Notes under the pieces: model-generated
The model's database searches: none
Seen by the model: the letters and a program-made list of their open reading frames with translations, nothing else
Told to the model about the DNA's origin: nothing
Program-made: the position numbers and the translations under genes
Part shown: piece after piece, positions 4,407 through 6,065 of the stretch
Position numbering within the stretch: position 1 is the stretch's first letter
Layout of the letters: each line of letters begins with the position of its first letter
From: Escherichia phage NC28
Reading direction: 5' to 3' (one strand)
Sequence record: NC_007823.1
Length of the DNA: 6,065 nucleotides

Positions 4407-4952
4407 ATGTTTCAAGTTTATGTATCTAAGCATGTTGCCCCGTTCACTTCTAAGAACCGTGCTTTTTCTATTGCTCCCGCTGCTAATCCGCAGGTTGTTA
4501 ACTCTGGTGAGATTGTTGCAGGTCGTTCTACGTTTCGTATTGCTTCTTCTATTGCTTCCGCTGTTAATGGTAGTGGTTTCGCTTTTGTTCAGATGATGGA
4601 CCCTAACTCTCCTGATTCTCAGCAGGTTTTCTCTGTTGCTGCTTCTCTGTCCTTTAGTGTTGATTCGAATTACATTCCTTGTGTTGTTCGTTTTGAGGAT
4701 AACGCTGCTCAGCCTACTGATTTTGATATTGCGACCGCTGATTTTATTCCGGTTGAGGTTTCTGCTATTTCTCCTCGTGCGCTTAGTGTTCGCGATTGTG
4801 TTACCGTTGATGTTAAGCCTCGCACTCAAGGCAATAATGTTTTTGTTGGTGTTGTTTTCTTTTCTGCTTCTGCTAATGCCGGTAATGTCACTGGTGTCGT
4901 TTCGATGGCTCAGGTTGACCATGAAGTTACAGCTTTGCAGCCGCTTAAATAA
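4407..4952 (+). CDS. G: Major spike protein G (181 aa).
   Basis: ATG 4407 (MFQVYVSKH...) with AAGGA (4394-4398) 8 nt upstream. Start MFQ and motifs CVVRFE, DCVTVDV-PRT-GNNV-VG and C-terminal LQPLK match recalled phiX174 G. The track's 4374 start is a GTG inside the hairpin; the in-frame ATG at 4398 is too close to the SD. Confidence 0.9.
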   Translation: MFQVYVSKHVAPFTSKNRAFSIAPAANPQVVNSGEIVAGRSTFRIASSIASAVNGSGFAFVQMMDPNSPDSQQVFSVAASLSFSVDSNYIPCVVRFEDNAAQPTDFDIATADFIPVEVSAISPRALSVRDCVTVDVKPRTQGNNVFVGVVFFSASANAGNVTGVVSMAQVDHEVTALQPLK

Positions 4953-5087
4953 AAGGCCACCGCACTCCTGGTTAGATGCCTGCCCAGTGTAGGGTGGACC
5001 GAGCCGTACGGAGATACCCGAGAAACTAGGAACGCGGAAGGCGTTAGCCGCCTTCCCTCCTGCTAAGCCCAAAGGAGACTTTCAGCT
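4953..5087 (+). promoter_or_regulatory. 135-nt structured G-H intergenic region; candidate terminator after G and/or complementary (-) strand origin (primase-dependent ssi). Strong hairpin at 5036-5056 (GGAAGGCG-TTAGC-CGCCTTCC); possible imperfect hairpin 4957-4997; palindrome CCGTACGG at 5004-5011.
   Basis: Hairpins read directly. The spacer is far longer than a terminator plus RBS needs, while the F-G spacer is only 37 nt. My recollection is that in G4 the (-) strand origin is in F-G and in alpha3/St-1/phiK it is in G-H. AAGGAG (5072-5077) is the SD for H. Confidence 0.35.
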
Positions 5088-6065
5088 ATGTTAGGTGCCG
5101 TTGTAGGTGGTATTGTTTCAGCCTTAGCTGGTGGAGCAGCTTCTAAGCTATTTGGTGGCAAGCCTGCCGCTCAAGCCGCCACTGAGTCCTCTGGCCTTTC
5201 TAATGGTCAAGGTGTTATTGGTATGGACCAAGATGCTGGTATTCAGTCAGCTATTCAGGGTTCGAATGTTCCAAATGGTCAGATTCCTGCCCCTACCCAG
5301 ACTGGTGGCGTTATGTCTGACGCTAAAAATATGATTAAGAATGCTGGTAAAGATTTGCTTGATGGTGTTATGACCGCTGGAAGTGACCGCATTAAGCAGG
5401 CATTGGTTGATAAATTGAGTGGTAATAATGCAAAACGACAAGGACAAGCAACCCGTGATTACTTGGCTTCGGCCTTCCCTGAGCTCAACCCGTGGGAACG
5501 TTCTGGAGCTGGTGCTTCCGGTGCCGGATTGGAATCTTCCGGTCAGGACCAACAAAAAGAGTTGATGCGTATGCAGCTGGATAACCAGAAAGATATTGCA
5601 AAGATGCAGATGGATAACAATTTGCAGATTGCTGGTATTCAGTCCGCTACATCTCGTCAGAATACTAAGGACACTGTTTATGCTCAGAATGAAATGCTTC
5701 AGTACAATCAGCGTGAGTCGCAGGCACGCGTTGAATCTATCCTCGCCAACACTAACCTTACGGATAAGCAGGCTACCCATGAAATCATGAGAATGGCTCT
5801 TACCCGTGCTCAGGAAACTGGTCAGCATTTGACTAACTCTCAGATTATGGCATTGGAGAAAAAGGTTTATGCAGAAATCGGAAAAATTAATCAAGATACT
5901 CAAAACGCTCGCTATGGTAGTTCTCAGGTTACTGCTGCGGCGAAAGATGTTACGAATATGATTACTGATGCCACCTCTGGTGCTGCTGATTGGGTTTCCC
6001 AGCAATGGAATTCCCTCTTTAAGGATGGTAAGTCTAATGGTATTCCCCTCAATACCAGAAAATAA
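5088..6065 (+). CDS. H: Minor spike / DNA pilot protein H (325 aa).
   Basis: AAGGAG (5072-5077) 10 nt before ATG 5088. Glycine-rich N-terminus (MLGAVVGGIVSALAGGAASKLFGG), then GIQSAIQGSNVPN, TRDYLAxAFPELNxWER, QKELxxMQLDNQK, IAGIQSATSRQNTKDxVYAQNEML, ENTNL, QNxRYGSS; C-terminal ...FKDGKSNGI...RK. All match recalled phiX174 H. Stop TAA is the last 3 nt of the window. Confidence 0.95.
   Translation: MLGAVVGGIVSALAGGAASKLFGGKPAAQAATESSGLSNGQGVIGMDQDAGIQSAIQGSNVPNGQIPAPTQTGGVMSDAKNMIKNAGKDLLDGVMTAGSDRIKQALVDKLSGNNAKRQGQATRDYLASAFPELNPWERSGAGASGAGLESSGQDQQKELMRMQLDNQKDIAKMQMDNNLQIAGIQSATSRQNTKDTVYAQNEMLQYNQRESQARVESILANTNLTDKQATHEIMRMALTRAQETGQHLTNSQIMALEKKVYAEIGKINQDTQNARYGSSQVTAAAKDVTNMITDATSGAADWVSQQWNSLFKDGKSNGIPLNTRK

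Noticed and set aside
415-5072. All minus-strand ORFs in the track (415-702, 741-1136, 1182-1799, 2222-2434, 2489-2950, 3167-3463, 3515-3805, 4010-4291, 4392-5072, 5247-6005).
   Set aside because: Microviruses transcribe only one strand, so every known gene is + sense. These ORFs are antisense to well-supported genes, have low-complexity N/R/S/I-rich translations, and lack convincing ribosome-binding sites; they are consistent with shadows of the T-rich sense-strand codon bias.
805-5790. Other + strand alternative-frame ORFs inside A, F, G and H (805-1026, 1324-1632, 3735-3995, 4065-4361, 4636-4992, 5131-5334, 5596-5790).
   Set aside because: Same Leu/Phe/Ile-rich frame-shadow signature, no similarity to known microvirus proteins, and the known embedded genes (B, K, E) are already accounted for.
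1-6065. Searched for CRISPR arrays, tRNA/rRNA genes, integrase or transposase genes, and long direct or inverted repeats.
   Set aside because: None seen. The only repeats are the short hairpin module duplicated after J and F; there are no extended repeat-spacer arrays, no tRNA-like cloverleaf candidates and no ORF resembling a recombinase.

Overview
The window reads as a complete or near-complete genome of an alpha3-like microvirus (Microviridae/Bullavirinae, phiX174 relatives), linearised just after the gene H stop codon. All genes are on the + strand in the canonical order A(A*)-B-K-C-D(E)-J-F-G-H, with the expected nested and overlapping genes (B inside A, E inside D, K bridging A and C). 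Calls rest on reading the sequence and on recalled phiX174/G4/alpha3 protein sequences; no database search was run. Recognisable landmarks include the rolling-circle HUH and double-tyrosine motifs in A, the conserved 30-nt (+) origin inside A, and a GGGCC-TTCG-GGCCC hairpin repeated after J and after F. The part most likely to be undescribed is the ~760-nt H-A intergenic region (1-758). It holds a compact, translationally coupled three-ORF cassette (65-699), each ORF with a well-spaced Shine-Dalgarno, bracketed by two terminator-like hairpins. ORF1 encodes a strongly acidic 122-aa protein, ORF2 a 29-aa single-helix hydrophobic peptide, and ORF3 a 58-aa basic peptide with a GTG start. A 135-nt structured G-H spacer is a candidate complementary-strand origin.
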